Shown piece after piece: positions 1 to 10,715 of a stretch of 64,000 nt of DNA (positions are counted from its first letter, which is position 1; each line of letters begins with the position of its first letter). The stretch comes from an uncultured Pseudomonadota bacterium (GTDB lineage Bacteria; Myxococcota_A; Polyangia; Fen-1088), in assembly GCA_963847705.1 (NCBI GenBank), contig CAWKBC010000014.1, positions 1 to 64,000 of the forward strand, written 5' to 3'. The notes under the pieces are model-generated. The model was given only the letters and a program-made list of their open reading frames with translations. It did not search any database and had not been told where the DNA came from. The position numbers and the translations under genes are program-made.

Positions 1-530
1 CGCGAGAAGACGCGCCCCGGCCGCTCGGCCAGGAACTTCAGCAGCTGGAACTCCTGGCGCGGCAGCTTGAGCGCGCGCCCCCGGTAGGCGGCCTCGACCG
101 CCACCGCATCAATGATGAGGTCGCCGATCTTGATCCGGCCGGCCGCGCGGAAGGACGACATTCTCCAGTCGAGCTGGCGAATGCGCGCGTAGAGCTCGGG
201 GCCCACCACGGGGGCCAGCACGAAGTCGTCCGCGCCGGCCTCGGGGTCGAGCCCAGCCAGGCGCGAGACCTCGACGCACAACAGGACGGGGACGTCGGCC
301 AGCGACCCGACCTCGCGGACGCGGCGGATGGCGGCGCGGCCGACCTCCAGGTGGGCCCCGGCGTCCACCACGACAACGGAAGGGCGCTGCAGCTCGATGT
401 CTTCGGGGAGCTGGTCGACGTCGTAGCCGACCGCCACCACCTCGCAGCCGAGATCGTTGAGGGCGGCGGCCGGTGAATCCGGTTCCGAGGCGGCGGTGGC
501 GGGATTGGACGTGACGACGAGAGCGCGCAT
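1..530 (-). CDS. OmpR/PhoB-family winged-helix response regulator with atypical, GlnR-like receiver (3' end runs off the window)
   Basis: Not in the ORF track. Manual translation from ATG at 530: [10 protein letters not shown]...PSVVVVDAG...GADDFVLAP...ELYARIR...IKIGDLIID...[24 protein letters not shown]. The wHTH entry motif is typical of OmpR proteins. Confidence 0.85.
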   Translation of the reverse strand, partial: MRALVVTSNPATAASEPDSPAAALNDLGCEVVAVGYDVDQLPEDIELQRPSVVVVDAGAHLEVGRAAIRRVREVGSLADVPVLLCVEVSRLAGLDPEAGADDFVLAPVVGPELYARIRQLDWRMSSFRAAGRIKIGDLIIDAVAVEAAYRGRALKLPRQEFQLLKFLAERPGRVFS

Positions 531-719
531 TCGCGGCTACAGTATCCGCCTGCGCTTGCGCCGGCAACTGCGACGCCTTGTCCACGTTCGTCCAAATATC
601 AAGGGGAGGTTTCCAAAATCCGTCATCGGGCCCCTCGGACGGCCATCGGGGGACTCTCTGCGCTCGCGTCGCTCGGCGGCGCTTGGCGCGGCGCAAACCT
701 GGTGCAATACTCTTCCTTG

Positions 720-1925
<1,206 letters not shown>

Positions 1926-2058
1926 GCGGAAAGCCTCAGCCAAGCTGCAAGAACGACCTCAATTCAACGCTGGCGAAGAGGCGGTCGGTCCAATGTTGGC
2001 CCGACGCCTTTACCGCCAGCCATCCGGCATTAAGATTGCCCAAACCGAGGGTGGAGTC

Positions 2059-2502
2059 ATGTTGAGCCCGAAAGAAAAAGCGCAAATTCGAACCGTGCTC
2101 GAGGACGAGCAGCGGCGTCTGGTCAAGAAGAGTGAGAACGCGCTGTCGTACGCGATGAACCACGAGCGGAACATCGGGCGCGATTCGATCGACGAGTCGA
2201 TGGAAGAGGAGATCTTCTCCACCGAGATGCGGCTGCACGATCGGGAGAAGTTCCTGCTCGGCAAGATCAACAAGCAGCTGGCGCGGCTCGACGGCGACGA
2301 GATCGACGTCTGCGAGGACTGCGGGGAGAAGATCTCCTTCCGCCGTCTGCTCGCCCGCCCGGTCACCACGCTCTGCATCGACTGCAAGGAGCAGAGCGAG
2401 CGTGAAGAGGCGGCCAGCGAGCAGCCGGGGCGCGCCGGCAGCGGCTTTGGCGAGCTGGGCGAGGGGGGCGACGTCGAGTCCAAGCTCCCCGCCGAGGAGT
2501 AA
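2059..2502 (+). CDS. dksA: TraR/DksA family C4 zinc-finger transcription factor
   Basis: Coiled coil with DSIDES tip and CEDC...RRLLARPVTTLCIDC zinc finger. Start placed at ATG 2059, after GGAG. Confidence 0.8.
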   Translation: MLSPKEKAQIRTVLEDEQRRLVKKSENALSYAMNHERNIGRDSIDESMEEEIFSTEMRLHDREKFLLGKINKQLARLDGDEIDVCEDCGEKISFRRLLARPVTTLCIDCKEQSEREEAASEQPGRAGSGFGELGEGGDVESKLPAEE

Positions 2503-2625
2503 GACTGGGGCAGAGCCAAAATCGGTCCCCCGCTCGGACCAAGAACGCAGCGGCCGCCCTTAATTGCCGCTGCGCTGCTTTCGTTATAGCGTCAACGTCC
2601 GGGATCTCCTGGACCTTGGACGACG

Positions 2626-4164
2626 ATGGCGGATAACCGATATCGCATCACCGAGCGGGTGGCCGCCGGCGGCATGGCGGAGGTGTTCCGTGGCGTCGCC
2701 GAGTCGATGCGCGGGTTCAAGAAGAACGTCGCCATCAAGCGCATCCTCCCGGCGCTGACCAAGAACAAGAAGTTCGTGGCCATGTTCCTGGACGAGGCGC
2801 GGCTGTCGCTCTCGCTCCAGCACGCCAACATCGTCCAGGTGTTCGACATCGGCCACACCGAGGACACGTACTTCATCGTCATGGAGTACGTGGACGGCGT
2901 CGACCTCAAGGCGCTCCTCGACTGGCGCCGGCGGATCGGCAAGCGGGTCCCGGTCGCGCACTCGCTCTACGTCATCATGGAGATCTGCAAGGGGATCTCC
3001 TACGCGCACGAGCTCACCAATCAGGAGAACGACGCGCCGCTGGGGATTGTCCATCGCGACATCTCCCCCCCCAACGTGCTGATGTCCAAGCAGGGGGAGA
3101 TCAAGGTCGTCGACTTCGGCCTGGCCAAGGCGACCAGCCAGGTCGAGGTGACCGATCCCGGGGTGGTCAAAGGGAAGATGAGCTACCTCTCCCCGGAGGC
3201 GGCGCGCGGCGAGGAGGTCGACTCGCGCGCCGACATCTTCGCGGTCGGGATCCTGCTCTACGAGATGCTGACCGGGAAGCGCCTCTTCTACGGCGAGACC
3301 GACTACCAGACCGTCGAGCTGGTGCGCAATGCCAAGATCCCGCCGCTGCGGCCGCAGAACCCGCAGGTCGAGCCGGAGCTGGAGGACATCGTCAGGAAGG
3401 CGCTGGCCAAGCGAAAGGAAGATCGCTTCCAGAGCGCCACCGATCTGCAGGATGCGCTGGCGCAGTACAGCTACTCGCGCGGGCTGAAGGTCATCTCGCG
3501 CGACATCGCGGAGCTGGTGCGGCAGTGCCTGGACGACAAGCGGATGCAGTCGGGCGAGGGGAAGCGGCCCAGCATCGCCGAGCACATCCTGCAGGGGGAG
3601 CTGGTCAAGTTCACCTCGGTCGACTTCGAAGATCAGGGCGCGCAGCCCCTCACCGCCGACGAGCTGGCGCCGCGGGCCGAGGCGCCGGCCCTGCCGCCCG
3701 ACGGAGACTTCGTCGATCCGCGCGGCTGGGCCGACGAGCGGCAGCCGGCGGCCATGGACAGCGCGGAGATGCGCGCGCTCGAATCACGCCGGACCTCGCG
3801 CGACGCGCCGGTCACGGCGCCCGCCCTCGGTCCGCCACGCGCCGCGGAGCGGATGCGGATCCCGACCGGGGAGAACCGCGCGCCCAGAAATTCACCGCCG
3901 GTCGCTTCGCCCGCCGAGTCGACGCCGGGTCCCGAAGCCCTGGCCAACGTCCTCGAACCGATGCCGGGCCCGCAAGCGCCCGTCGGGGTCCGCCCGGGCG
4001 CCGCGCAGGCACGGTCGGCCCAGCCTGGCTCGCGCCCGGCGCGCAGCTTTCTCATCGGCGCGCTGATCGGCACCGTGCTCCTCGGCGCCGCGGTGGCGGT
4101 GTTCGTCTCCAAGCGCGGCGGGGTCGGCGGCGCGACCTCCCACCCGACCCAGCCGACGCCTTAG
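2626..4164 (+). CDS. Hanks-type Ser/Thr protein kinase with Pro/Ala linker and C-terminal TM helix
   Basis: GGMAEVF, VAIKRIL, HRDISPPN, DFGLAK, YLSPE, DIFAVG motifs; hydrophobic C-terminal segment. Confidence 0.92.
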   Translation: MADNRYRITERVAAGGMAEVFRGVAESMRGFKKNVAIKRILPALTKNKKFVAMFLDEARLSLSLQHANIVQVFDIGHTEDTYFIVMEYVDGVDLKALLDWRRRIGKRVPVAHSLYVIMEICKGISYAHELTNQENDAPLGIVHRDISPPNVLMSKQGEIKVVDFGLAKATSQVEVTDPGVVKGKMSYLSPEAARGEEVDSRADIFAVGILLYEMLTGKRLFYGETDYQTVELVRNAKIPPLRPQNPQVEPELEDIVRKALAKRKEDRFQSATDLQDALAQYSYSRGLKVISRDIAELVRQCLDDKRMQSGEGKRPSIAEHILQGELVKFTSVDFEDQGAQPLTADELAPRAEAPALPPDGDFVDPRGWADERQPAAMDSAEMRALESRRTSRDAPVTAPALGPPRAAERMRIPTGENRAPRNSPPVASPAESTPGPEALANVLEPMPGPQAPVGVRPGAAQARSAQPGSRPARSFLIGALIGTVLLGAAVAVFVSKRGGVGGATSHPTQPTP

Positions 4165-4263
4165 CCGCCCGGTTCACCTGAGCGGTTCGCCCAGGCCGCC
4201 GACCGGGCGGCACGTCGTCGGGCATGTTCGCTTCCCTCACTGTCGCCTTTGGGCGACGCCCTC

Positions 4264-5784
4264 CTAGCGGCGCAGCATCCGACCGAGCTTGGCGCGATCG
4301 GCAGGGCCGAGCTCGCCGCTGGCGGCCAGGACGACGACGTAGACCAGGGCCGCCATCGCCGTCGCCGCAAGACCGACGATCTTGCCGTGGCCGGGGACGA
4401 AGCGGCCCACCACCATCCCGGCGACGACGCCGAGCGCGACCCGCGCGACCGTGGCGAGGGGCGGCGTCCCGCCCAGGCGCGACCGCACGTAGATCACCGC
4501 CGTCACGAAGCCGGCCATCATTCCGAGCGCCGTGGCCAGGGCGGCCGCCTGCAGCATCGGCGTCCCCACGTTGGCGCGCGGGACCAGCAGCGCCGCCGCG
4601 GCCGCGCCGACCGCCACCGTCAGCGCGACGAAAGAGAGCGTCGCGTTGGTTCGCCCCGCGGCGTTGAGGATCGCGCAGACGACCGCCAGCAGGGCCAGGC
4701 AGCACTCGCCGGCGACCAGGATCGGCATCGCCGCCGCCCCTTCGCCGTACTCCGGTTTGTAAAGGACGCCCAGCAGCGCGGCCGGCCGGGCGGCGAGGAC
4801 GATCCCCATGAGCGCGACGAGGATGAGCGCGTAGCGCAGGGTCTGCGTGACGTAGAGGCGCGTCGCCTCGCGGTCCTCGGCGAAGGTGGCGCGCGAGATG
4901 AGCGGAAAGATCACGAACGTCACCACCACCAGCGCTTGGTAGGGAAGCAGCGCCAACGTCCGCAGCGCCTGATAGTGCCCCGCCACCACCGCCGCGGCCG
5001 CCCCACCCGCGCTCTTGCCGGCGAAGTGATGGAGGAGCGGCAGGTCGTAGTTGAGCGCCACGTTCAGCAGCAAGCCGTAGGCAACCACGGCGCTCATGTA
5101 GCCGGCCAGGCGCTTCATCGGGAAGCGCTCGGCCGGCGACGGCAGGCGCATCACGCGCGAGGCGAAGACCAGAATGAACGCGGCTGCGGCCGCGAACCCC
5201 ACGAAGGCGCCGGTCACTTTCCACAGCGCCGCCAACCCCAGCAGGAGAATCGTTTTCGCCGTCGAGAAGCCGACGTCGAAGCTGGCCTGGGTCCGAAACC
5301 GGCGCAGGCCGTTGGCCGAGCCGACGAACACGGCGTAGAGCGCGTAGAGGAAGGGAATGGCGGCGGCGATGCGGAAGTAGGCGGTGTAGCGCGGCGCCTC
5401 CTCGAACGCCGCGATGAGCGGCGCCCCGAAGAAGATGGCCAGCGCCAGGACCGCACCGAGCGCCGCCTGCATCTTGATGCCGGCCCGCTGGACGGCCCCG
5501 GCGCGCGCGTCGTCCTCGGCGGTGAACTTGGAGACGGACTGGATCGTCGCCTGCACGACCGTGTTGTTCACGATCGAGATGACGTTGTTGACGACGGCGA
5601 AGGCCCCGAACTCGGCCAGCCCCACCAGCCGGGTGAGCAGGACCTGCTGGAGGAACCCGCTCAGCATGAAGTAGATCTTCGCGCCGCCGATGAAGACGGC
5701 CCCCTTGGCGGCGGTGGAGCCGTCGGAGGGCTGGGCACCCGCGGGGGAGGCGGGCGTGACGACCGCGGCTCCCTCGGCGCTCAC
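4264..5784 (-). CDS. MOP-superfamily (Wzx/SpoVB-like) oligosaccharide flippase
   Basis: Many TM segments, N-terminal 'LLTRLVGLAEFGAF' pattern and 'LNAAGRT' motif typical of Wzx-like flippases. Confidence 0.7.
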   Translation of the reverse strand: MSAEGAAVVTPASPAGAQPSDGSTAAKGAVFIGGAKIYFMLSGFLQQVLLTRLVGLAEFGAFAVVNNVISIVNNTVVQATIQSVSKFTAEDDARAGAVQRAGIKMQAALGAVLALAIFFGAPLIAAFEEAPRYTAYFRIAAAIPFLYALYAVFVGSANGLRRFRTQASFDVGFSTAKTILLLGLAALWKVTGAFVGFAAAAAFILVFASRVMRLPSPAERFPMKRLAGYMSAVVAYGLLLNVALNYDLPLLHHFAGKSAGGAAAAVVAGHYQALRTLALLPYQALVVVTFVIFPLISRATFAEDREATRLYVTQTLRYALILVALMGIVLAARPAALLGVLYKPEYGEGAAAMPILVAGECCLALLAVVCAILNAAGRTNATLSFVALTVAVGAAAAALLVPRANVGTPMLQAAALATALGMMAGFVTAVIYVRSRLGGTPPLATVARVALGVVAGMVVGRFVPGHGKIVGLAATAMAALVYVVVLAASGELGPADRAKLGRMLRR

Positions 5785-6878
5785 GCCTTCACCCCCGAGA
5801 CGACGCGCTCGACGCCGGCCAGATCGCGGCGGGTCTGCACCTCGGTGAAGCCGGCCGCCCGCAGGAGCTCCGCCGTCGCAGGCGCCTGCCCGGCACCGAT
5901 CTCCAGCGCCAGCATCCCAGCGGGGCCGAGCAGCCCGGGCGCCTCGGTGACCAGGCGCCGCACCAGAGCGAGCCCGTCGGGGCCCCCGTCGAGCGCCAGC
6001 GCCGGCTCGACCCGCACCTCCGCGGGCAGCGCCGCCAGCTCGCCGGAGGGGATGTACGGCAGGTTGGCCACCAGCAGCGAGAACGGCGCCTGCGCGGCCA
6101 GCGGCGCGCCGAGATCCCCCTCGACGAACGTCACCGCCAGACCGAGCCGCCCGGCGTTGCCGCGCGCCACCTCCAGCGCCCCGGGCGAGATGTCGACCGC
6201 GAAGACGTCTGCCGCCGGAAACAGCTTGGCCAGCGTCAGCGCGATGGCGCCGGAGCCGGTGCCGATGTCGGCCACGCGCGGCGCCGGGACAGCTGCGGGC
6301 GCCTCGCCAGCCGCGGGCGCCTCGCCAGCTGCGGGCGCCTCGACAGCCGCCCGCGCCTCGACGGCTGCGGGCGCCTCGCCAGCCGCGGGCGCCTCGCCAG
6401 CTGCGGGCGCCTCGACAGCCGCCCGCGCCTCGACGGCTGCGGGCGCCTCGACGGCTGCGTTCCCGTCCGCTTCCGCGGCCGGCTCCGCCGGAACCACGCG
6501 GCCGGCCAGCCGCTCGCGCGCCACCTCGATCAAGGTCTCGGTATCGGGGCGCGGGACCAGCACGCGCGCGTCGACTGCGAACTCGATCCCCCAGAATTCC
6601 TTTTTGCCCACCAGGTAGGCGACCGACTCGCCCGCCTGGCGCCGCTTGATGAGCGCCCGGATGGCGGAGAGCTCGTCCGGCAGAAGCGGCCGATCGAACT
6701 GCACGTAGAGCTGCAGCCGCGGCAAGCCCAACGCGTGCGCCACCAGCAGCTCGGCGTCGAGACGCGGCGTCGCCAGAGCCCGCTCGGTGAACCGGGCGAC
6801 CGTCCAGCGGATGACCTCGAGAACGGTCCAGCGCGCCGGCGTCGCCGACGCTTCGGGGGCCACGGCCAAGCCCGTCAC
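5781..6878 (-). CDS. prmC: Release-factor N5-glutamine methyltransferase PrmC/HemK with repeat insertion
   Basis: RLDAELL, VLVPRPDTE, DIGTGSGAIA, ANLPYI and ALDGGPDGL motifs. Confidence 0.92.
   Translation of the reverse strand: MTGLAVAPEASATPARWTVLEVIRWTVARFTERALATPRLDAELLVAHALGLPRLQLYVQFDRPLLPDELSAIRALIKRRQAGESVAYLVGKKEFWGIEFAVDARVLVPRPDTETLIEVARERLAGRVVPAEPAAEADGNAAVEAPAAVEARAAVEAPAAGEAPAAGEAPAAVEARAAVEAPAAGEAPAAGEAPAAVPAPRVADIGTGSGAIALTLAKLFPAADVFAVDISPGALEVARGNAGRLGLAVTFVEGDLGAPLAAQAPFSLLVANLPYIPSGELAALPAEVRVEPALALDGGPDGLALVRRLVTEAPGLLGPAGMLALEIGAGQAPATAELLRAAGFTEVQTRRDLAGVERVVSGVKA
6291..6459. repeat. In-frame 18-bp tandem repeat (72-bp higher-order unit) inside prmC, encoding AA(V/G)EA(P/R)
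   Basis: About 9 variants of gcgggcgcctcg(c/a)cagc(c/t) read directly from the sequence. Confidence 0.9.
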
Positions 6879-7192
6879 TTCATCCGCAGGCGTTCGACCG
6901 GCACGCCGCCGAGGAGGTGATGCTCGATGATCTCGTTGACGTCACCGACGGTCACGCCTCCGTACCAGGTCTGCTCGGGATAGACGACCACCGCCACCCC
7001 GCGCGCGCACTGATCGAGGCAACCAGCCGCGTTGGCGCGCATGCGCCCCTTGACGCCGCGGTCGTGCAAGAGGCGCTTGAACTCGTCGCGCACGGCCTCG
7101 CCCCCTTTATCGGCGCAGGACCCCTTGGGGTTCCCCGGATCGCGTCGGTTGGTGCAGACGAAGACGTGCTTGTCGAAGTGTGGCTCGGCCAT
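6875..7192 (-). CDS. Thioredoxin-like [2Fe-2S] ferredoxin
   Basis: HVFVCTN...GSC...GCLDQCARG...VVYPEQTWYG motif; 4-nt overlap with prmC. Confidence 0.88.
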   Translation of the reverse strand: MAEPHFDKHVFVCTNRRDPGNPKGSCADKGGEAVRDEFKRLLHDRGVKGRMRANAAGCLDQCARGVAVVVYPEQTWYGGVTVGDVNEIIEHHLLGGVPVERLRMK

Positions 7193-7234
7193 GGTGAGAC
7201 CAGCGAGTATAGCGTTCCTTCTGCGTTTGTTGGG

Positions 7235-8014
7235 TTACAGCGTCCCTATTTGGGAGGCGTGAACCCACCCTTCGAGCCCGTTGCCCAGCCGGACGCGCAG
7301 CCAGTCCTGGTCGTGCTCGATCATCCGGACCCGCAGCCCGGCGTGCACCTCGAAGGCGGTGCGGTAGTTGTCGTCGGCGCCGTCCTTGACCGCCACCGCG
7401 TCGGGGAGCACCACCCCGAAGGGGAGCTTTTCGAGCCGCGTCCGTCCGAACAGGAGCGCCCCGCTGAGCAGCGCCGCCGCGCCGAGGACCGCCACCCCGG
7501 CGCCGAGCGCCGGCCGCAGATCGTCCCGCGCGCGACGGCGCCAGAGAATCAGCGCGAAGAACGAAAGATAGACGGTCACGAACAGCCAGGTCTGGGTGGA
7601 GGGCCCCATGGCGGTGACGGCGCGGATCCAGAGCGGATCGCGATCCTCCCCTTCGATCCGGTCGTGCGCCGCGCGCGCGGCCGCCTTGCGCGCCTCGGCC
7701 AGGTTGTAGCGCGCGTCCTCGCTCCCGGGATCGAGCGCGGCGGCTTTTTCAAAGGCCCAGATCGCCGGCCCCACTGCCCCCTTGCGGAAATAGGCGTCGC
7801 CCAGATTGAAGAAAAGATCCGCCGAGACGACCCCCTGGCGCTCCAGCTCCTCGTAGGCCGCCGCCGCCGCCGCGTAGTCGCCGTGCAGGTAGGCCTCGTT
7901 GCCGCGCCGCCAGGCCTCGTCGCGCCGATCGGCGTGCGCCGCTCCCGCCCTCACCAGCACCAGCGGCACGAGCACCGCCAGGGCCAGCCTCGCGACCCGC
8001 GCCCGGCGCCTCAT
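7235..8014 (-). CDS. batE: BatE-like TPR + SH3b membrane protein
   Basis: TPR (LFFNLGDAYFR...YNL), two TM helices, C-terminal SH3b (WLRVRLGNGLEGWV); position in the operon. Confidence 0.8.
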   Translation of the reverse strand: MRRRARVARLALAVLVPLVLVRAGAAHADRRDEAWRRGNEAYLHGDYAAAAAAYEELERQGVVSADLFFNLGDAYFRKGAVGPAIWAFEKAAALDPGSEDARYNLAEARKAAARAAHDRIEGEDRDPLWIRAVTAMGPSTQTWLFVTVYLSFFALILWRRRARDDLRPALGAGVAVLGAAALLSGALLFGRTRLEKLPFGVVLPDAVAVKDGADDNYRTAFEVHAGLRVRMIEHDQDWLRVRLGNGLEGWVHASQIGTL

Positions 8015-9927
8015 GCGCGTGCCTCCCCCCCGAGCGCCGCCCGCTCGATGCCGTCGATCAGCGACTCGGCGCGCGCCAGCATCGCGGCCAGCGCCGCCGG
8101 CTCGGCCGCCGCCGCGGCGGGGGCAAACCGCGCCTCGTCGCAAGCCTGGATGGCGCCGACCACGCTGGCCGTCTGTTCGTCCGACAGACCGCGGGCGCGC
8201 AGGAGCGCCCCCAGCTCGTCGAAACGCAGGCCGCCCAGCTCGGTCCCCAGGCGCTCGGACAGCGCCTCGCGGAGCACGCGATCAATCTCGCCGTAGAAGT
8301 CACCCGCGCGCCCCGCCGCCCGGTGGGCCTCGGCCGCCCGCAGCCGCCGGCGGGCCATCGTCCGCATGCGCCGACGGCGCGTCCGGTGCGAATCGCGCCC
8401 CAGCCGCTCGCGCGCGCGTCCGAAGAGCACCAGCACCGCCAGCGCCAGCGGCGGGGTGACGACGGTGGCCTTGAACGCGGCGCTGCGCAGGAACGCCACC
8501 CCGGCCTCGCCGCCCACGCCGCCGCGGGCGTGAATCGGCCGGATCGATCCGCCCACCACGTTCTCGGTGCCGGCGCCGGCCGCCGGCGAGGCGCCCCCCC
8601 CTGCCACCAGGTTCGCGCCCGCCTCGCCGCTGACGACGATCTCGATCGGCTGGCTGCGGGTGGTCTGGTAGCGCTTGGCGGTCGGGTCGAAGGACTCCAG
8701 CACCAGCGACGGGATGACGGTCTTTCCGCCGCGCTCGGGGCGCATCAGCCACTCGACCGTCTTGCTGCCGGCGATCGTCTCGGCGCCGTCGAGGGTGACG
8801 TCGGTCTTCGGCTCGTAGTTCTTCCAGCCGGCGAGCGCCGGCAGCGCCGGGGGCTGGACGTTGCGCACGTTCCCCGTCCCCTTCACGGTGACCCTCAAGG
8901 TGACGGCGTCCCCGACGGAGACGGCCGAGCGATCGACCGACGCGGAGATCTGGTAGCGCCCCACATTGGCGGCATCGAAGTGGGGCGGCTGGCCTTGGGT
9001 GGGGAGCGCCATCGCCTCGATGACCAGCGGCTCGGTCTTGAGCCGGGAGACCTGCATCGGCCCGAAGAAGTCCCCCTGGGCGATCTCCGCCTCCATCGGG
9101 GTGATGGTCAGCTTGCCCGGCGCCAGGGGAAACAGCGCTTTTTTGAACAGCAGGGCGACGTTGTACGGGCGCCCGGCCACGCTCTGTGGCTCGCCGAACG
9201 CCAGCCGCCCCTGCGGATTGGTGGAGGGGATCTCCTCGGACCAGAAGCCGTCGGTGTGCGGCTCGGAGGTCTGCCCGAACCGGTTCGGCACCTCGGAGAC
9301 GTAGAGGTACCAGGCGACGGTCACCTGCTCGCCGACGAAGGCGCGCGTCTTGTCGGGGATGACCCGGATGAACGCCGGCGCCGGCGATGAGGCGACCTCG
9401 CCAGGCGACTCGCGATCGCGGCCGGGGCCGAACCCCTGGGCCCCGGGGAAGAGGCGCTGGAACAGGCGATTGGGATCGAGCCCGGGCGGGCCGCCTGGCG
9501 GCGACTGGCCGCTCGCGGCACCGACGCGCACCCTCAGGCTGTTGGTCGCCAGAGTGCGCCCGCCGACGGTGACGTGTGCCGCGCCGATGGTGAGCGGCCC
9601 CTTCGCGCCCGCGGGCAACACCAGCTGGTAGGTCCAGGCGTAGGTCGACTGAACCGATTGCTGGTTGCTGCCGAAGACGAACTGCACGCTGGTCGACTTG
9701 CTGGGGCCTTGCGCCTGCTGGACCTGAAAGCCATGAAAGTCAGGCGGCCGAAAGTTCTCGGCGTCACCGTCACCCATGTTCAGCGTGATCCGGTAGATGA
9801 ACGGCTCGCCCGGCGCCACGGCGTCGCGATCGAGCTCGGCGGTGAACGTCGCCGCCTGGGCGACGCGGGGCGCGACCGTGGCCAGCGCCAGAATGAGGAG
9901 ACCGATTCTCCAGGCCAGCGGCCTCAC
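8011..9927 (-). CDS. batD: BatD family protein
   Basis: Signal peptide, repeated Ig-like BatD segments (VGEQVTV, VSVGDAVTLRV, SFDP), C-terminal TM helix; operon context. Confidence 0.85.
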   Translation of the reverse strand: MRPLAWRIGLLILALATVAPRVAQAATFTAELDRDAVAPGEPFIYRITLNMGDGDAENFRPPDFHGFQVQQAQGPSKSTSVQFVFGSNQQSVQSTYAWTYQLVLPAGAKGPLTIGAAHVTVGGRTLATNSLRVRVGAASGQSPPGGPPGLDPNRLFQRLFPGAQGFGPGRDRESPGEVASSPAPAFIRVIPDKTRAFVGEQVTVAWYLYVSEVPNRFGQTSEPHTDGFWSEEIPSTNPQGRLAFGEPQSVAGRPYNVALLFKKALFPLAPGKLTITPMEAEIAQGDFFGPMQVSRLKTEPLVIEAMALPTQGQPPHFDAANVGRYQISASVDRSAVSVGDAVTLRVTVKGTGNVRNVQPPALPALAGWKNYEPKTDVTLDGAETIAGSKTVEWLMRPERGGKTVIPSLVLESFDPTAKRYQTTRSQPIEIVVSGEAGANLVAGGGASPAAGAGTENVVGGSIRPIHARGGVGGEAGVAFLRSAAFKATVVTPPLALAVLVLFGRARERLGRDSHRTRRRRMRTMARRRLRAAEAHRAAGRAGDFYGEIDRVLREALSERLGTELGGLRFDELGALLRARGLSDEQTASVVGAIQACDEARFAPAAAAAEPAALAAMLARAESLIDGIERAALGGEARA

Positions 9928-10715
9928 CAGTCACGCTCCGGCGGCGCGCGCCGCACGGCCCGGGCCTTGGCCCGTTCTTTCTCCAGATCCTTGGAGCTGC
10001 GTTCGAGGTTGTCGAGCACCGACTGGATCTGCTCCTGCTCCTTCGGCGTGCTCGGCTTCTCCTGGGGCTTCTGGTCTTGCTTGTCCTTCTGGTCTTGCTT
10101 GTCCTTGTCCTTGTCCTTCTTGTCCTTGTCCTTGTCGTCTTTCTTCTGGTCGTCCTTCTTGTCGTCTTTCTTCTTGTCCTTGTCGTCCTTCTTCTGGTCG
10201 TCCTTCTTCTTGTCCTTGTCCTTCTGGTCCTGATCCTTCTTGTCCTTGTCTTCCTTGTCCTTCTGCTTGCGCAGCGCGATCTCCAGGTTCCACTTGGCCT
10301 GCTTGTCGTCGGGCTTGAGGCCGAGCGAGCGGGTGTAGGCCGACACGGCCTCCTTGAACTTCTCCTTCTTGAAGAAGGCGTTTCCCAGGTTGTAGAAGGC
10401 CGACGCCTTGAGCGCCGGGTCCTTGGCCTCCGTCGCGCGCAGGAACTCCTCGCCCGCCTCGTCGAAGCGCGACAGCGCATAGAGCGCGGCGCCGCGATCG
10501 AAGTGCGTCCCCGCCTCGGCCGGCAGCTTCTTCACCGCCTTGTCATAGTGCACGAGCGCGTCGTCGGCCTTCCCCGCCTGAAGGGAGGCGTTTCCAGCCT
10601 CGATCTCCGCGTCCCGCTTCTCGAACAGCCCAAACCCCGTGAGCAACGGGCCGAAGGCCAAAATTGCGGCGATGCGCCCCGCAAGGGTCACCGCGGCTGT
10701 CGACGGGCGCCTCAC
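9924..10715 (-). CDS. batC: BatC-like TPR protein with K/D/Q-rich linker
   Basis: TPR (AFYNLGNAFF...AKWNLEIA), KDKD low-complexity tract, C-terminal 'RDW'. Confidence 0.85.
   Translation of the reverse strand: MRRPSTAAVTLAGRIAAILAFGPLLTGFGLFEKRDAEIEAGNASLQAGKADDALVHYDKAVKKLPAEAGTHFDRGAALYALSRFDEAGEEFLRATEAKDPALKASAFYNLGNAFFKKEKFKEAVSAYTRSLGLKPDDKQAKWNLEIALRKQKDKEDKDKKDQDQKDKDKKKDDQKKDDKDKKKDDKKDDQKKDDKDKDKKDKDKDKQDQKDKQDQKPQEKPSTPKEQEQIQSVLDNLERSSKDLEKERAKARAVRRAPPERDW

Noticed and set aside
1968-2020. Imperfect hairpin upstream of the dksA-like gene as a riboswitch
   Set aside because: No recognisable aptamer motif; such pairing is common at this GC content.
10060-10265. K/D/Q low-complexity repeat
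   Set aside because: An expected charged linker of BatC proteins.
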